Positions 28,183-38,280 of a stretch of 64,000 nt of DNA are shown here, piece after piece. Position numbers and translations under genes: made by a program. This DNA is from Lachnospiraceae bacterium. GTDB lineage: Bacteria > Bacillota > Clostridia > Lachnospirales > Lachnospiraceae. Within the stretch, counting starts at the first letter, position 1. Every line of letters begins with the position of its first letter. The notes beneath the pieces were generated by a model that saw only the letters and a list, made by a program, of their open reading frames with translations, made no database searches and was not told where the DNA came from. The stretch is from the NCBI GenBank assembly GCA_017446045.1, contig JAFSRP010000054.1, positions 30,852 to 94,851 of the forward strand. Direction: 5' to 3'.

Positions 28183-30159
28183 TCAGACCGGGATCGCTTC
28201 CGGATCCTGCACAAGCGGCTCACAAGCCGCCTGCAGCCACATCCGCTCATCTTCATTCATATCGTCTGCCAGCTCATCGTATACCCTCTGATGATACAGA
28301 TTCAGCAGACGTATGTCTTCTTTTGTCATCAGGGACGCATCCAGACAGCTTTTGTCGATCGGGCAGAAAGTCACCGTTTCGAATCTCATAAAACGTCCGA
28401 ATTCATTGGTGTAGTCGTGCTGTACCAGCACCAGATTCTCTATGCGTACCCCGAATGCGCCCGCAACATAAAAACCGGGTTCATCCGAAAGATACATGCC
28501 CTCCTTCAGAGGCCAGGCTCCTTCCGGAGCCGCAGCCTTATACCGGATGCCGACCGGCGCTTCGTGGACATTGAGCACATGGCCAACGCCGTGTCCTGTC
28601 CCGTGATTATAATTCATGCCGCGACTCCAGAACGGCTCCCGGGCCGCATAATCGAGGACCAGGCCCGAGGTGCCTTCCAGGAATCTCGCATCTGCAAGGC
28701 GCAGGTTAGCAACAGCCGTCAGTGTTACCGCCTGCCGTTCCTCCTGCGTGATCGGTCCGCAGCTCCAGGTCCGAGTCACATCGGTCGTGCCTTCCGGATA
28801 CTGTCCGCCGGAATCTACCAGGTACAGCCCGTGCGGCTGGATCTCCACATCTTTGTCCGGATCCGGACTTGGGGCGTAATGTGCCATGGCCGCATTGGGG
28901 CCGTAGGCAGAAATCGTGCCGAAACTCTCATCAAAGAAGCCCGGCTGTGCTGCCCGGAAGCTGTGCAGCTTTTCCGCCGCGGACCATTCCGTAAGACGGG
29001 GCACGTCTGTATTTCCTTTTGCAGCCGCTGTTTCCGCGGCACGCGCCATCGCCAGCCCCTCTGTCTTGAACCAGTGCATGAACTTTGTCAGCGCCACACT
29101 GTCTTTGTGCTGGGCGATCCGGATGTTGGCCATCTCCGTTTCGTTCTTGCAGCATTTGACTTCCATTTCCGGATTCATCCGGTCAATGATCTCCGTTTCC
29201 CCGGGAAGAGACGTGACGAGCTCATAATTACAGCGCTTTTTATCAAGAAGCACAGGGCCTTCCAGCCTCTGTATATCCTCATAGATCTGATGGTAAGGGC
29301 GGAGCGTGACATGCAGATCCTCGAGATATGCAGTGACCGCATCGGTCATGTGGCCTTCATCGGTATACAAAAAGACCAAAGGCATATCGGCCTCTTCTGC
29401 TGATCCGGCATCTGTGCCTTCTGCCGGGAGCTGTACGAGCAGATAGGCCATAAATACGGGATTGTTCGGAATATCATCCGCCCGCAGGTTAAGGAGCCAG
29501 GCTATGTCATCCGATGTGATCAGGATGTGCGCGGCAGCCCCGGCTTCCCGCATGGTATCCGCAAGCTCCCGGAGCTTTTCTTCTGCCGTTTTTCCTGTAT
29601 AGCGCTCCTGCAGGATCCAGCAGGGGCTTGCCTTCTGTGCCGGACGGTCTTCCCAAAGCTCGCCGCAGAGATCTCGGTTCGTTACGACATGCTTATGTGC
29701 GCATGCTTTCGTTCCGGCGCGGCTTTTCAGCTTTCTTCCCACTTTAGTGATCAGCGCTTCTCCTTCGGTAAAAGGGGTACATTTGCCGTCAAACCCAAGC
29801 ACGCCGCCTGCAGGAAGCTTTTCCAGGATCCAGTCGTTCATCTCCGGCGTATCGGGCTCTCCCATCTTCATCAGTTCGATCCCGCTGCCGGCCAGTTCCT
29901 GTTCCGCCTGGGTGAAATAACGTCCATCGGTCCACAGAGCCGCTTCACCGCCGTCATTTATACCGTTTCCATCAGTACCCACAGTATTCGCAGTCACCAC
30001 CAGCTTTCCGTCGCCGCCGGTAAACCCGCTGAATTCCTCCAGCGCGTGAAAATGCTCACTGACATACTCACTGAGGTGCTCGTCACTGTCTGATACCACA
30101 TATACATCGATACCCAGTTCCCGCATCTTCTGCTGTAATCTGAGGATCTGTTCTCTCAT
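28183..30159 (-). CDS. Xaa-Pro aminopeptidase (M24B family, creatinase-like N-domains)
   Basis: The C-terminal M24 pita-bread motifs are present: VDSGGQY, HGTGHGVG, SDEPG and VRIEN. Confidence 0.85.
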   Translation of the reverse strand: MREQILRLQQKMRELGIDVYVVSDSDEHLSEYVSEHFHALEEFSGFTGGDGKLVVTANTVGTDGNGINDGGEAALWTDGRYFTQAEQELAGSGIELMKMGEPDTPEMNDWILEKLPAGGVLGFDGKCTPFTEGEALITKVGRKLKSRAGTKACAHKHVVTNRDLCGELWEDRPAQKASPCWILQERYTGKTAEEKLRELADTMREAGAAAHILITSDDIAWLLNLRADDIPNNPVFMAYLLVQLPAEGTDAGSAEEADMPLVFLYTDEGHMTDAVTAYLEDLHVTLRPYHQIYEDIQRLEGPVLLDKKRCNYELVTSLPGETEIIDRMNPEMEVKCCKNETEMANIRIAQHKDSVALTKFMHWFKTEGLAMARAAETAAAKGNTDVPRLTEWSAAEKLHSFRAAQPGFFDESFGTISAYGPNAAMAHYAPSPDPDKDVEIQPHGLYLVDSGGQYPEGTTDVTRTWSCGPITQEERQAVTLTAVANLRLADARFLEGTSGLVLDYAAREPFWSRGMNYNHGTGHGVGHVLNVHEAPVGIRYKAAAPEGAWPLKEGMYLSDEPGFYVAGAFGVRIENLVLVQHDYTNEFGRFMRFETVTFCPIDKSCLDASLMTKEDIRLLNLYHQRVYDELADDMNEDERMWLQAACEPLVQDPEAIPV

Positions 30160-30216
30160 TTTCTTGTTCTCTCCCGTTTATCTGCTGTCGTTAATAACAG
30201 CTTTGTCTGTCTTTTT

Positions 30217-31077
30217 TCAGATCAGTCCAAAATGCACACAAGCGTTATAAATGCCGTCGCTGCTCACGTCATCTGTCACATAATCGGCGATCGCCTTTAC
30301 CTCTTCATCCGCGTTGCCCATGGCAATGCCGACGCCCGCAGCGCGCAGCAGTGCCGTATCGTTGGGGGAATCCCCGAAAGCGTACGTGTCTGTCGGGTCA
30401 ATGCCGAAATGCCTGCACATGGTCCGCATGCCCTCTGCCTTGCTGAACCCGCGCTCCACCACATCCGCGCCGGTCCCGCCGTTAAAGGCGAACAGTTCCA
30501 GCATCGGAAAACGCGCTTCGATGATCTCCTTTTCCGCACGAAGATCGCCCGCGTAGGAAAGTGCCGTCACACGAATGTCCCTCTCGAAGATCTCCTCAAA
30601 AGGTACGAAATTGCGTCGTACCGCCTTCAGAAATGCCCGATCCGAGGCTGCTTTCCGTGCCGGATTGATGAAGAAATCTTCCGTTCCGATACTGGTGCCG
30701 ATGCAGAATCCCCGCTCACTGCAGAATTCATAGATCTCCCGCAGCAGTTCACGGTCGACCGTATGCTCGAACAGCAGCTCATCGCCAATGGTCAATTTGC
30801 TTCCGTTCTGGTGAATGATGGCGTCCGGCTGAACCATACCCTTATAACGTACACTGTAGTGCGTATCCATATCCCGCCCTGTCGACAGGATCACATAGTA
30901 ATTTGGACGCAGTAGATCAAGCGCCCGCCGGGTGCTTTCCGGGATCGTATTGGCCCGGTTGTCCAGCAGGGTGCCGTCCAGATCAAAAAAAGCAATACCT
31001 CGTTTCGGAGGTCTCGTCGTTGTCTTTATACTCAATGATGTGTCCTTTATTATACGTATATACGCAGTACCGGTCAT
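30217..31077 (-). CDS. Cof-type HAD-IIB phosphatase
   Basis: FFDLDGTLL (motif I), GRD, and GDSPNDTALL (motif IV). Confidence 0.8.
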   Translation of the reverse strand: MTGTAYIRIIKDTSLSIKTTTRPPKRGIAFFDLDGTLLDNRANTIPESTRRALDLLRPNYYVILSTGRDMDTHYSVRYKGMVQPDAIIHQNGSKLTIGDELLFEHTVDRELLREIYEFCSERGFCIGTSIGTEDFFINPARKAASDRAFLKAVRRNFVPFEEIFERDIRVTALSYAGDLRAEKEIIEARFPMLELFAFNGGTGADVVERGFSKAEGMRTMCRHFGIDPTDTYAFGDSPNDTALLRAAGVGIAMGNADEEVKAIADYVTDDVSSDGIYNACVHFGLI

Positions 31078-31100
31078 AAAAAGCCGGCTGATGGTCCGGA

Positions 31101-32465
31101 TCAGTTCTTAAATGAATGGATCGGTGCGGGGATGCGTCCCTTTCGGTCCACAAAAGCATCGCAGCTGAAACTGTTGACCGGCAGTATAGGCGCATAGCCG
31201 AGCAGACCGCCGAAGGTCGCCGTATCCCCGACGCCCTTGCCGATCACGGGAATGAGACGCACGGCCGTGGTCTTCTGGTTGATCACGCCAATGGCGGCCT
31301 CATCCGCGATGATGCCCGCGATCGTGGACGCCGGCGTATCCCCTGGGATCGCGATCATGTCCAGTCCGACTGAACATACGCAGGTCATGGCTTCCAGCTT
31401 CTCCAGACTCAGGGCACCCTCATGTACCGCATCGATCATTCCCTGATCCTCACTGACCGGAATGAATGCGCCGGACAATCCGCCGACATAGGACGACGCC
31501 ATGACGCCGCCCTTTTTCACCTGGTCGTTGAGGATCGCAAGCGCCGCTGTCGTACCCGGCGCGCCTGCACGCTGCAGTCCCATCTCCTCAAGGATCTCCG
31601 CGACGGAATCCCCGATGGCTGGCGTAGGGGCCAAGCTGAGATCCACGATCCCGAAAGGAACGCCCAGACGCCGTGACGCTTCCTGTGCCACCAGCTGGCC
31701 GACACGCGTCACCTTAAACGCGGTCCGCTTGATGGTTTCACAGAGTACCTCAAAACTCTCTCCGCGCACCTTTTCGAGCGCGGATTTTACGACGCCGGGG
31801 CCGCTGACGCCGACATTGATAACGGCGTCACCCTCTGTTACACCGTGAAAAGCGCCCGCCATAAATGGGTTGTCATCCGGCGCGTTGCAGAAGATCACCA
31901 GCTTCGCGCATCCCAGGGAGTCCCTGTCCGCTGTGAGCTCGGCTGTCTTTTTTACGATATCGCCCATCATCCGCACCGCATCCATGTCGATGCCGGTCCG
32001 GGTCGAGCCGACATTGACAGAGGAACAGACAACGTCTGTTTCCGCGAGCGCCTGCGGGATCGACTGGATCAGGAGCCGCTCCGAAGCGGTCAGTCCTTTG
32101 TTCACCAGGGCAGAGTAGCCCCCGAGGAAATTGATGCCGATCGCCTTGGCTGCCCTGTCCAGTGTCCGGGCAATGCTGACGTAATCCTCCGGCGTCCTGC
32201 AGGCTCCCGCGCCCACCAGGGATACCGGCGTCACCGATACACGCTTGTTGACGATCGGGATCCCGAAATCCTTCGAGATCGCCTCGCCCGTCTCCACCAG
32301 CCGGGAGCCGAGCCGCGTGATCTTTTCATAGATGCGCGCGTTCAGCCTGTCCATATCAGAATCGACACAATCCAGCAGGCTGATGCCCAGCGTGATCGTA
32401 CGCACATCGAGCAGATCCTGCTCGATCATTTTATTGGTTTCACGAACCTCAAACAGATTGATCAT
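31101..32465 (-). CDS. UPF0210 family protein (DUF711)
   Basis: About 454 aa. The N-terminus [13 protein letters not shown] and the overall pattern match my memory of the UPF0210 family. It is paired with an upstream ACT protein, as in other Firmicutes. Confidence 0.75.
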   Translation of the reverse strand: MINLFEVRETNKMIEQDLLDVRTITLGISLLDCVDSDMDRLNARIYEKITRLGSRLVETGEAISKDFGIPIVNKRVSVTPVSLVGAGACRTPEDYVSIARTLDRAAKAIGINFLGGYSALVNKGLTASERLLIQSIPQALAETDVVCSSVNVGSTRTGIDMDAVRMMGDIVKKTAELTADRDSLGCAKLVIFCNAPDDNPFMAGAFHGVTEGDAVINVGVSGPGVVKSALEKVRGESFEVLCETIKRTAFKVTRVGQLVAQEASRRLGVPFGIVDLSLAPTPAIGDSVAEILEEMGLQRAGAPGTTAALAILNDQVKKGGVMASSYVGGLSGAFIPVSEDQGMIDAVHEGALSLEKLEAMTCVCSVGLDMIAIPGDTPASTIAGIIADEAAIGVINQKTTAVRLIPVIGKGVGDTATFGGLLGYAPILPVNSFSCDAFVDRKGRIPAPIHSFKN

Positions 32466-32526
32466 AGTATATGCTCCGTGTTAAGGTATGGATCTTATTA
32501 TTTCGGCTGCCGTCACTGACCGGTGA

Positions 32527-32799
32527 CTACAGCCTGTGCATCTTGGTGAAGATCTCCTCTTTCTGTGCCAGGATCCGAAGGCCGATTTCCTCACCGAGCG
32601 CGCGCAGATCATCGGCGACCACGCCGAACTCCTTCGTACAGTCCTGCATGTCAGCGATCAGCATCATATTGAACATATCATCCAGGATCGTCTGACTGAT
32701 ATCCAGGATATTGATCCCCTCTTTATACAGGTATCCGGAAACGCGGGCAATGATGCCCTTCGTGTCCTTTCCCACTACCGTAATAATGATCTTATCCAT
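32527..32799 (-). CDS. ACT-domain protein (UPF0237 family)
   Basis: MDKIIITVVGKDTKGIIARVSGYLY is a classic ACT beta-alpha-beta start. The protein is 90 aa from the ATG at 32799; the ORF-track start at 32841 adds 14 poorly supported codons. Confidence 0.75.
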   Translation of the reverse strand: MDKIIITVVGKDTKGIIARVSGYLYKEGINILDISQTILDDMFNMMLIADMQDCTKEFGVVADDLRALGEEIGLRILAQKEEIFTKMHRL

Positions 32800-32992
32800 A
32801 AAAGCCCCCCTTCCGAAAGCCTTTGCAGCTTTCTGTTTCACCTGTCTATTCTAACATAAATGTGGTACAATGTGGTACAATGACTGGGAAAAAAGCAGGC
32901 AGAGGCTTGCTTACACCTTTTTTTGACGACCCTGCCCGGCGGGAAAAGCAGGACTTTTCGCAAAGGAATAATGGAAACTAAGGAGTGCATCT

Positions 32993-34438
32993 ATGACTTC
33001 TCTTACCCGGATCCGACAACTGCCTTCCGGCCTGCTGCTGCGGCGCGCTGTCTGCGCGCTGCTGGCGGCGCTTCTGCTTTGTGCCATGAGCGCAGCGGTA
33101 GACCGCGGGATCCGTATGGTCCATATCCTGCCGCTCCTTTTCCTTGTCGGCTGTTCCCTGTTCCTTTGGCTGAAAGAGGACGCCGCAGGGACACCGGTAA
33201 AGGGATCCGCACCATCCGGGGCTATTTCGGGTTCCCGCCCCGTTCCGAAAAGGGATCTCAGGCTCGACTATCTTCGTCTCCTTGCTGTGGTCGGCGTTAT
33301 CACGATCCATGCCATCGATGCGCTCTTTCCCTTCCTGACGACAGAAGTCACGGGGGAATTTGCCGTCATCCGGGACGCCATGAATCCCTCCGCGATGAAG
33401 GCGGATGCCCTGATCCGCACCTGCTGCCTCGGCTTCAACATCGTCTATATCATGCTTTCGGGTGCCTTGCTTCTTCCATGGAAGGAGGAACGTCTCCGCG
33501 ACTTTTACCTTAAGAGGGTCTCCAAAGTCCTGCTGCCCCTGCTGATCTATTTCTTTTTCTATCAGTGGCAGAACGGGCAGCTGTTCCCCTTATCGCTGCA
33601 GCGCGTCGGGGATATTTTTCGCATGTTCTTTACGGCTGACATCGACTACTGCCCGTTTTACTGGCTGATCTATATCATCATTTCCCTTTACCTCATCTAT
33701 CCGTTCATGCGCTACATGATAAAAGATCTTCCCTACGGGGCACTGACCGTGCTTGCTGCAGGGATCATACTCTTTTCCGGGACTGTTGCCTATACTTCCT
33801 TTGTTTTCGCCCCCGTGATCGGCTTCTGGCTCGGGTACGCGATCCTCGGCTACTGGATCACCCGGCCTGAGTCGCGGCGTTTCGACCGCTTCCTGCTGCC
33901 CATGGGGATCCTCCAGGCCGGTGTGATCGCGCGGATGATCTGGACCAGTGAACGCTATGAAGACTATATCGGACGCATCGTTCAGTATACGCCGATCATG
34001 GTCTTTCTGGTCCTCGGTTACTTTTCCTTCGTGTATCTTCTGCCCCGGAAACTGCTTCGCGACACTTCCCTGCTCCGCTTCTTCGGCCGCTACAGCTTCT
34101 CGGTGATCCTGATCCACTGGTGGGCGCTGTACTTCATTCTCGGACGCTATTACCCCCATCTGGCACCGGGAAACAGCGCAGTCTCCGCCCCGCTCAGACT
34201 TTTCTGGAACGCTTTCGCGTCCGGCGGGATCTTCAACTCACTCTATCTGCTGATCCAGTCCATGCTCGGCACACATGCCGGCCTTGTGTACCTGATCCTG
34301 GCGGATGTCGTGCTGTCCCTGGCCGCGGGAGCTTTGCTCGAGGCCTATTTCCTGAAAGCGCCTCTGGCACTTTGGGACCGGATCGTGAATTGCATCGTCA
34401 GGAAACTCCCGCTTCGCGAAAGCAGAAATAACAATTGA
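32993..34438 (+). CDS. acyltransferase family 3 integral membrane protein (O-acyltransferase)
   Basis: LDYLRLLAVVGVITIHA motif, at least 10 hydrophobic helices, and an AAGGAG RBS 7 nt upstream. Confidence 0.8.
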   Translation: MTSLTRIRQLPSGLLLRRAVCALLAALLLCAMSAAVDRGIRMVHILPLLFLVGCSLFLWLKEDAAGTPVKGSAPSGAISGSRPVPKRDLRLDYLRLLAVVGVITIHAIDALFPFLTTEVTGEFAVIRDAMNPSAMKADALIRTCCLGFNIVYIMLSGALLLPWKEERLRDFYLKRVSKVLLPLLIYFFFYQWQNGQLFPLSLQRVGDIFRMFFTADIDYCPFYWLIYIIISLYLIYPFMRYMIKDLPYGALTVLAAGIILFSGTVAYTSFVFAPVIGFWLGYAILGYWITRPESRRFDRFLLPMGILQAGVIARMIWTSERYEDYIGRIVQYTPIMVFLVLGYFSFVYLLPRKLLRDTSLLRFFGRYSFSVILIHWWALYFILGRYYPHLAPGNSAVSAPLRLFWNAFASGGIFNSLYLLIQSMLGTHAGLVYLILADVVLSLAAGALLEAYFLKAPLALWDRIVNCIVRKLPLRESRNNN

Positions 34439-34491
34439 CATAACATCAGTCATTTAGTTAACATAAGTTCATATACCTGATCGGATAATAA

Positions 34492-34548
34492 AAGCTGCAT
34501 TCCATACCCCGCCTTGCCTGAGGACTCCGGGAGTATAGAATGCAGCTT
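34492..34548. terminator. bidirectional terminator between the convergent acyltransferase and nifJ genes
   Basis: 11-bp outer stem AAGCTGCATTC / GAATGCAGCTT enclosing a second inner stem. A-rich on the left, TATGTTTTAT on the right. Confidence 0.65.
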
Positions 34549-34592
34549 ATGTTTTATGAATGGAAACGGGATCTCCCCGGCTTTACTCTTCC

Positions 34593-37500
34593 TTACTCTT
34601 CCATCTTTTTATATTTTTCGTAACGTTTCACCGCATCCTCGCTGCCGATCCTGAAGAGGCGTTCCGCGTTTTCCGGGAAGGTCTTCCGGAGGGAAGCATA
34701 ACGCGTCTCCCCATCGAGGAAGTCAGTGAATGCCATCGTCGGCGCCTTGGAGTCGACGTGCATCGGCTGTTCCTTCCGCGGATCATAATGATACAGGTTC
34801 CAGTAACCGCTCTGTACCGCGCGCTTCATTTCCTCCTGCACCTTGCTCATGCCGCCGCGGATGCCGTGGGAAACGCACGGACAGTACGCGATGACCACTG
34901 ACGGTCCTTCATAGCTTTCCGCTTCTTTCAGCACCCTGACCAGCTGGTTCATATCCGCACCCATAGCGACCTGGGCGACATAGACGTTGCCATAGGTCAT
35001 CATGATCGCTCCGAGATCCTTTTTACGGGACTTTTTTCCGGACGACGCAAACTGCGCCACCGCACCGATCGGTGTTGCTTTGGAGCTCTGGCCGCCGGTG
35101 TTGGAGTATACTTCCGTATCCACCACAAGAACGTTGATGTTCTCGCCCTGCGCGATCACATGGTCGAGGCCGCCGAAACCGATATCATACGCCCAGCCGT
35201 CGCCGCCGAACATCCAGAATGTCTTTTTGGCCAGCTGATCCTTGTATTTCAGGATCTCTGCCGCGAGATCGCGGACAGCGGCATCACAGCTTTCAGCCGC
35301 GGATAATGTCTCCACCAGCGCGTCTGTCGCACGGCGGGAGCCTTCAAAGTCGCTGTAATTATCCAGCCAGCTGCGGCAGGCATCCAGAAGTTCCGTCTCT
35401 CCTGTATTGTTCTCCAGTGTAGCCGCAAGACGCTCAATGCGCATCTTCTGCGCTTCACGCTGCTGCCGGACGGAAAGATACAGGCCCAGTTCCAGCTCCG
35501 CGTTATTTTCGAACAGGCTGTTGGTCCAGGCAGGACCGAAGCCTCGCTTGTTTGTGGTATAAGGGATTCCCGGCATCGGTGACCCCCATGCCTGGGAGCA
35601 GCCGGTACCGTTCGCCCAGTATACACGGTCTCCGAACAGCTGGGTCAGAAGCTTCGCGTAGGATGTTTCCGCACAGCCGGCACAGGCAGCGGAAAACTCC
35701 ACGAGGGGCTGACGGAACTGTGAGCCTTTGACTGTGTAGGGATCGAAGACATCGCCCTTATCCTTCAGGGAAAGCGCATAATTCCATCTCGTCTTCTGGC
35801 TCTCCTCGAGCTCAGCAGGCACCATGGTCAGCGCCTTGCTCTTCAGCGGACATACATTGGCACAGCTGCCGCATCCGGTACAGTCATAGGTCGAGATCTG
35901 CATGGAGAAGACATACTTCGGGCCGGATCCGTCCGCTTTCAGGCCTTTCAAAGGCGCAGATACAAAACCGGCAGGCGCGGATGCCGCCTCCTCTTCATCC
36001 AGAAGATACGGACGGATCGCCGCATGCGGACAGACATAAGCGCACTGATTGCACTGAATACACTGATCGGCATTCCACTGCGGGACATTGACCGCGATCC
36101 CCCGCTTCTCATAAGCGGTGAGACCCATGTCGATCACGCCGTCCTCGCGGCCCTTAAAGGCGCTGACCGGCAGATCGTCGCCCTTCTGGCGGTTGATTGG
36201 GATCAGGATATTTTTCACCACGTCCGGGACCGGCTGTGCCGATACTTTGGCATCATCCGGACAGGACGCCCACTCCGCCGGGATCGCGACCTCGGTCACT
36301 TCCTTTGCGCCGGCCTCAATGGCATCGACGTTCTGGCTGACGACCGCATCACCCTTCATGAAATAGGTCCTGCGTGCCGCTTCCTTCATGTTATTGAGCG
36401 CCTCTTCGACAGGCATCAGTCCGGAGACCCGGAAAAATGCCGCCTGCAGGACAGTATTGGTATGGCTCCCAAGGCCGAGCCGCTCGGCGATCGAAGTTGC
36501 GTTGATCACATAGAGGCGGATCTTCTTTTCCGCAAGCTGCCGTTTGACGTTTCCGGGCAGATTCTGCGACAGAGCGCTTCCGGGTGCCGTATCTGTCCCC
36601 CAGGTACAGTTCAGAAGCAGGCTTCCGCCGTTTTTCAGCTCATCCACGATATCATACTGCGCGATATAACCCTGATTGTGGCAGGCTACGAAATCCGCCG
36701 CCTTGACGTAGTAGGAACTGCGGATCGGCTTTTTGGAAAGACGCAGATGGGATTTGGTGACACCGAAGGATTTCTTGGCATCATACTCAAAGTAAGCCTG
36801 CGCATACATATCCGCGCAGTCTCCCAGGATCTGCACGGTATTGTGGTTAGCGCCCACAGTGCCGTCACCGCCGAGCCCCCAGAACTTGCAGCTGTAAATG
36901 TCAGCCACGGGATCCGCATCTCCGATTCCCTCCAGTTTCGGTACCGGAAGGCTGAGATGCGTTACATCATCATTGATACCGATGGTGAAGCTTCTCACCG
37001 GCGTATCGGAAGCAAGATTTTCGAAGACCGCCGCGATCTGTGCCGGATCCGTGTCCTTAGAACTAAGCCCGTAGCGTCCGCCGATGACCGTGACCGGTGC
37101 ATCCTGACGGCTTGCCCTTTCCTGTCGTTCCCACTCCGCGACAGCTGCCGCGACATCCAGGAACAGAGGCTCGCCAATGCTTCCCATTTCCTTGCAGCGG
37201 TCCAGTACAGCGATCCTGCGGACGGTCTTAGGAAGTGCGTCGATAAAATGCTTCACCGAGAACGGACGGTACAGATGGACCTGCAGGAAACCGGTATGAC
37301 CGCCGCGCGCATTGAGATACTCTACCGCTTCCTGCGCCGCGCCGGAAACGGAGCCCATGGCAACGACCACATCCGTTGCCGCCGGATCCCCATAATAATC
37401 AAAAAGATGATATGTCCGGCCGGTGATCTCACCCACCTTAAGCATATAGTCTTCAACGATATCCGGAAGTGCCGCGTAAAAGCCGTTGTTGGCCTCGCGC

Positions 37501-38183
37501 ACCTGGAAGTACACATCGCCATTCTGCACAGTCGCCCTGAGTTCCGGATGCTCCGGATTGAGCGCATGCGCGCGGAAACGGTCCAGCGCATCCCTGTCCA
37601 TCAGCTTCGAAAGCTCCTTTACGTCCGGCATATCGATGCGGCTGAGCTCATGGGAAGTACGGAAGCCGTCAAAGAAATGCATAAAGGGAATGCTGCCCTT
37701 CACGGCAGAAAGATGTGCCACTGCCGCCAGGTCTGCCGCTTCCTGCACACTGCCGGAAGAAAGCTGCGCGAATCCTGTCTGCCTGCACGCCATTACGTCG
37801 GAGTGATCACCGAAAATGCTCAGGGCATGCGTACCGACCGTACGGGATGCCACATGCAGTACCGCCGGAAGACGCTCGCCTGCGATCCGGTACAGCACCG
37901 GAATCATCAGCATCAGTCCCTGGCTCGAGGTATAGCTCGTTGCCAGCGCGCCGGCCTGCAGCGCGCCATGGACGGCACCGATGGCACCGGCTTCCGACTG
38001 CATTTCGATCAGACGCACGCGCTGTCCGAACATGTTTTCCCTGCCGTCGGCGCTCCATTTATCCGTTGCGCCTGCCATCGGGGAAGACGGCGTGATCGGA
38101 TAGATCGCCGCGATCTCGGTGAATTCGTAAGCAACATGAGCCGCAGCGCCGTTGCCGTCAACCGTCATATAATTTTTTCCCAT
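34593..38183 (-). CDS. nifJ: pyruvate:ferredoxin (flavodoxin) oxidoreductase, single-polypeptide PFOR
   Basis: 1196 aa. Two ferredoxin motifs, CIQCNQCAYVCP and CTGCGSCANVCP, and the TPP motif GGDGWAYDIG. Confidence 0.93.
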   Translation of the reverse strand: MGKNYMTVDGNGAAAHVAYEFTEIAAIYPITPSSPMAGATDKWSADGRENMFGQRVRLIEMQSEAGAIGAVHGALQAGALATSYTSSQGLMLMIPVLYRIAGERLPAVLHVASRTVGTHALSIFGDHSDVMACRQTGFAQLSSGSVQEAADLAAVAHLSAVKGSIPFMHFFDGFRTSHELSRIDMPDVKELSKLMDRDALDRFRAHALNPEHPELRATVQNGDVYFQVREANNGFYAALPDIVEDYMLKVGEITGRTYHLFDYYGDPAATDVVVAMGSVSGAAQEAVEYLNARGGHTGFLQVHLYRPFSVKHFIDALPKTVRRIAVLDRCKEMGSIGEPLFLDVAAAVAEWERQERASRQDAPVTVIGGRYGLSSKDTDPAQIAAVFENLASDTPVRSFTIGINDDVTHLSLPVPKLEGIGDADPVADIYSCKFWGLGGDGTVGANHNTVQILGDCADMYAQAYFEYDAKKSFGVTKSHLRLSKKPIRSSYYVKAADFVACHNQGYIAQYDIVDELKNGGSLLLNCTWGTDTAPGSALSQNLPGNVKRQLAEKKIRLYVINATSIAERLGLGSHTNTVLQAAFFRVSGLMPVEEALNNMKEAARRTYFMKGDAVVSQNVDAIEAGAKEVTEVAIPAEWASCPDDAKVSAQPVPDVVKNILIPINRQKGDDLPVSAFKGREDGVIDMGLTAYEKRGIAVNVPQWNADQCIQCNQCAYVCPHAAIRPYLLDEEEAASAPAGFVSAPLKGLKADGSGPKYVFSMQISTYDCTGCGSCANVCPLKSKALTMVPAELEESQKTRWNYALSLKDKGDVFDPYTVKGSQFRQPLVEFSAACAGCAETSYAKLLTQLFGDRVYWANGTGCSQAWGSPMPGIPYTTNKRGFGPAWTNSLFENNAELELGLYLSVRQQREAQKMRIERLAATLENNTGETELLDACRSWLDNYSDFEGSRRATDALVETLSAAESCDAAVRDLAAEILKYKDQLAKKTFWMFGGDGWAYDIGFGGLDHVIAQGENINVLVVDTEVYSNTGGQSSKATPIGAVAQFASSGKKSRKKDLGAIMMTYGNVYVAQVAMGADMNQLVRVLKEAESYEGPSVVIAYCPCVSHGIRGGMSKVQEEMKRAVQSGYWNLYHYDPRKEQPMHVDSKAPTMAFTDFLDGETRYASLRKTFPENAERLFRIGSEDAVKRYEKYKKMEE

Positions 38184-38199
38184 AGTATATCCTTTTCCT

Positions 38200-38226
38200 A
38201 AAAGGAGGGACGGGGTCCCTCCTTTT
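38200..38226 (-). terminator. hairpin between ilvE and nifJ (terminator or attenuator)
   Basis: Perfect 11-bp stem AAAAGGAGGGA / TCCCTCCTTTT with a 5-nt loop, 55 nt after the ilvE stop and 16 nt before the nifJ ATG. The U-run is part of the stem. Confidence 0.55.
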
Positions 38227-38280
38227 GAATCAGTTTGCCGCTATTACATTCATTTGCCGCAGGATACCGGCAGATACCGG

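Noticed and set aside
181-30159. Apparent lineage-specific insertions relative to remembered family consensus. Examples are RlmN REGFGGSDRRKGGREG before CHVNLIP, MurF SPGTDGKDADSDTTDGGN, HflX GTDAKERAGVGDTAEGEETGS, and aminopeptidase P TANTVGTDGNGINDGGEA.
   Set aside because: Without real alignments I cannot show that these are insertions rather than normal variable loops. All are short, hydrophilic, surface-loop-like segments. They are not reported as findings.
32861-32880. Tandem repeat TGTGGTACAA x2, considered as a possible CRISPR or minisatellite.
   Set aside because: There are only two 10-bp units with no spacers. I treat it as a simple duplication in a promoter region, mentioned under the ACT/UPF0210 finding.
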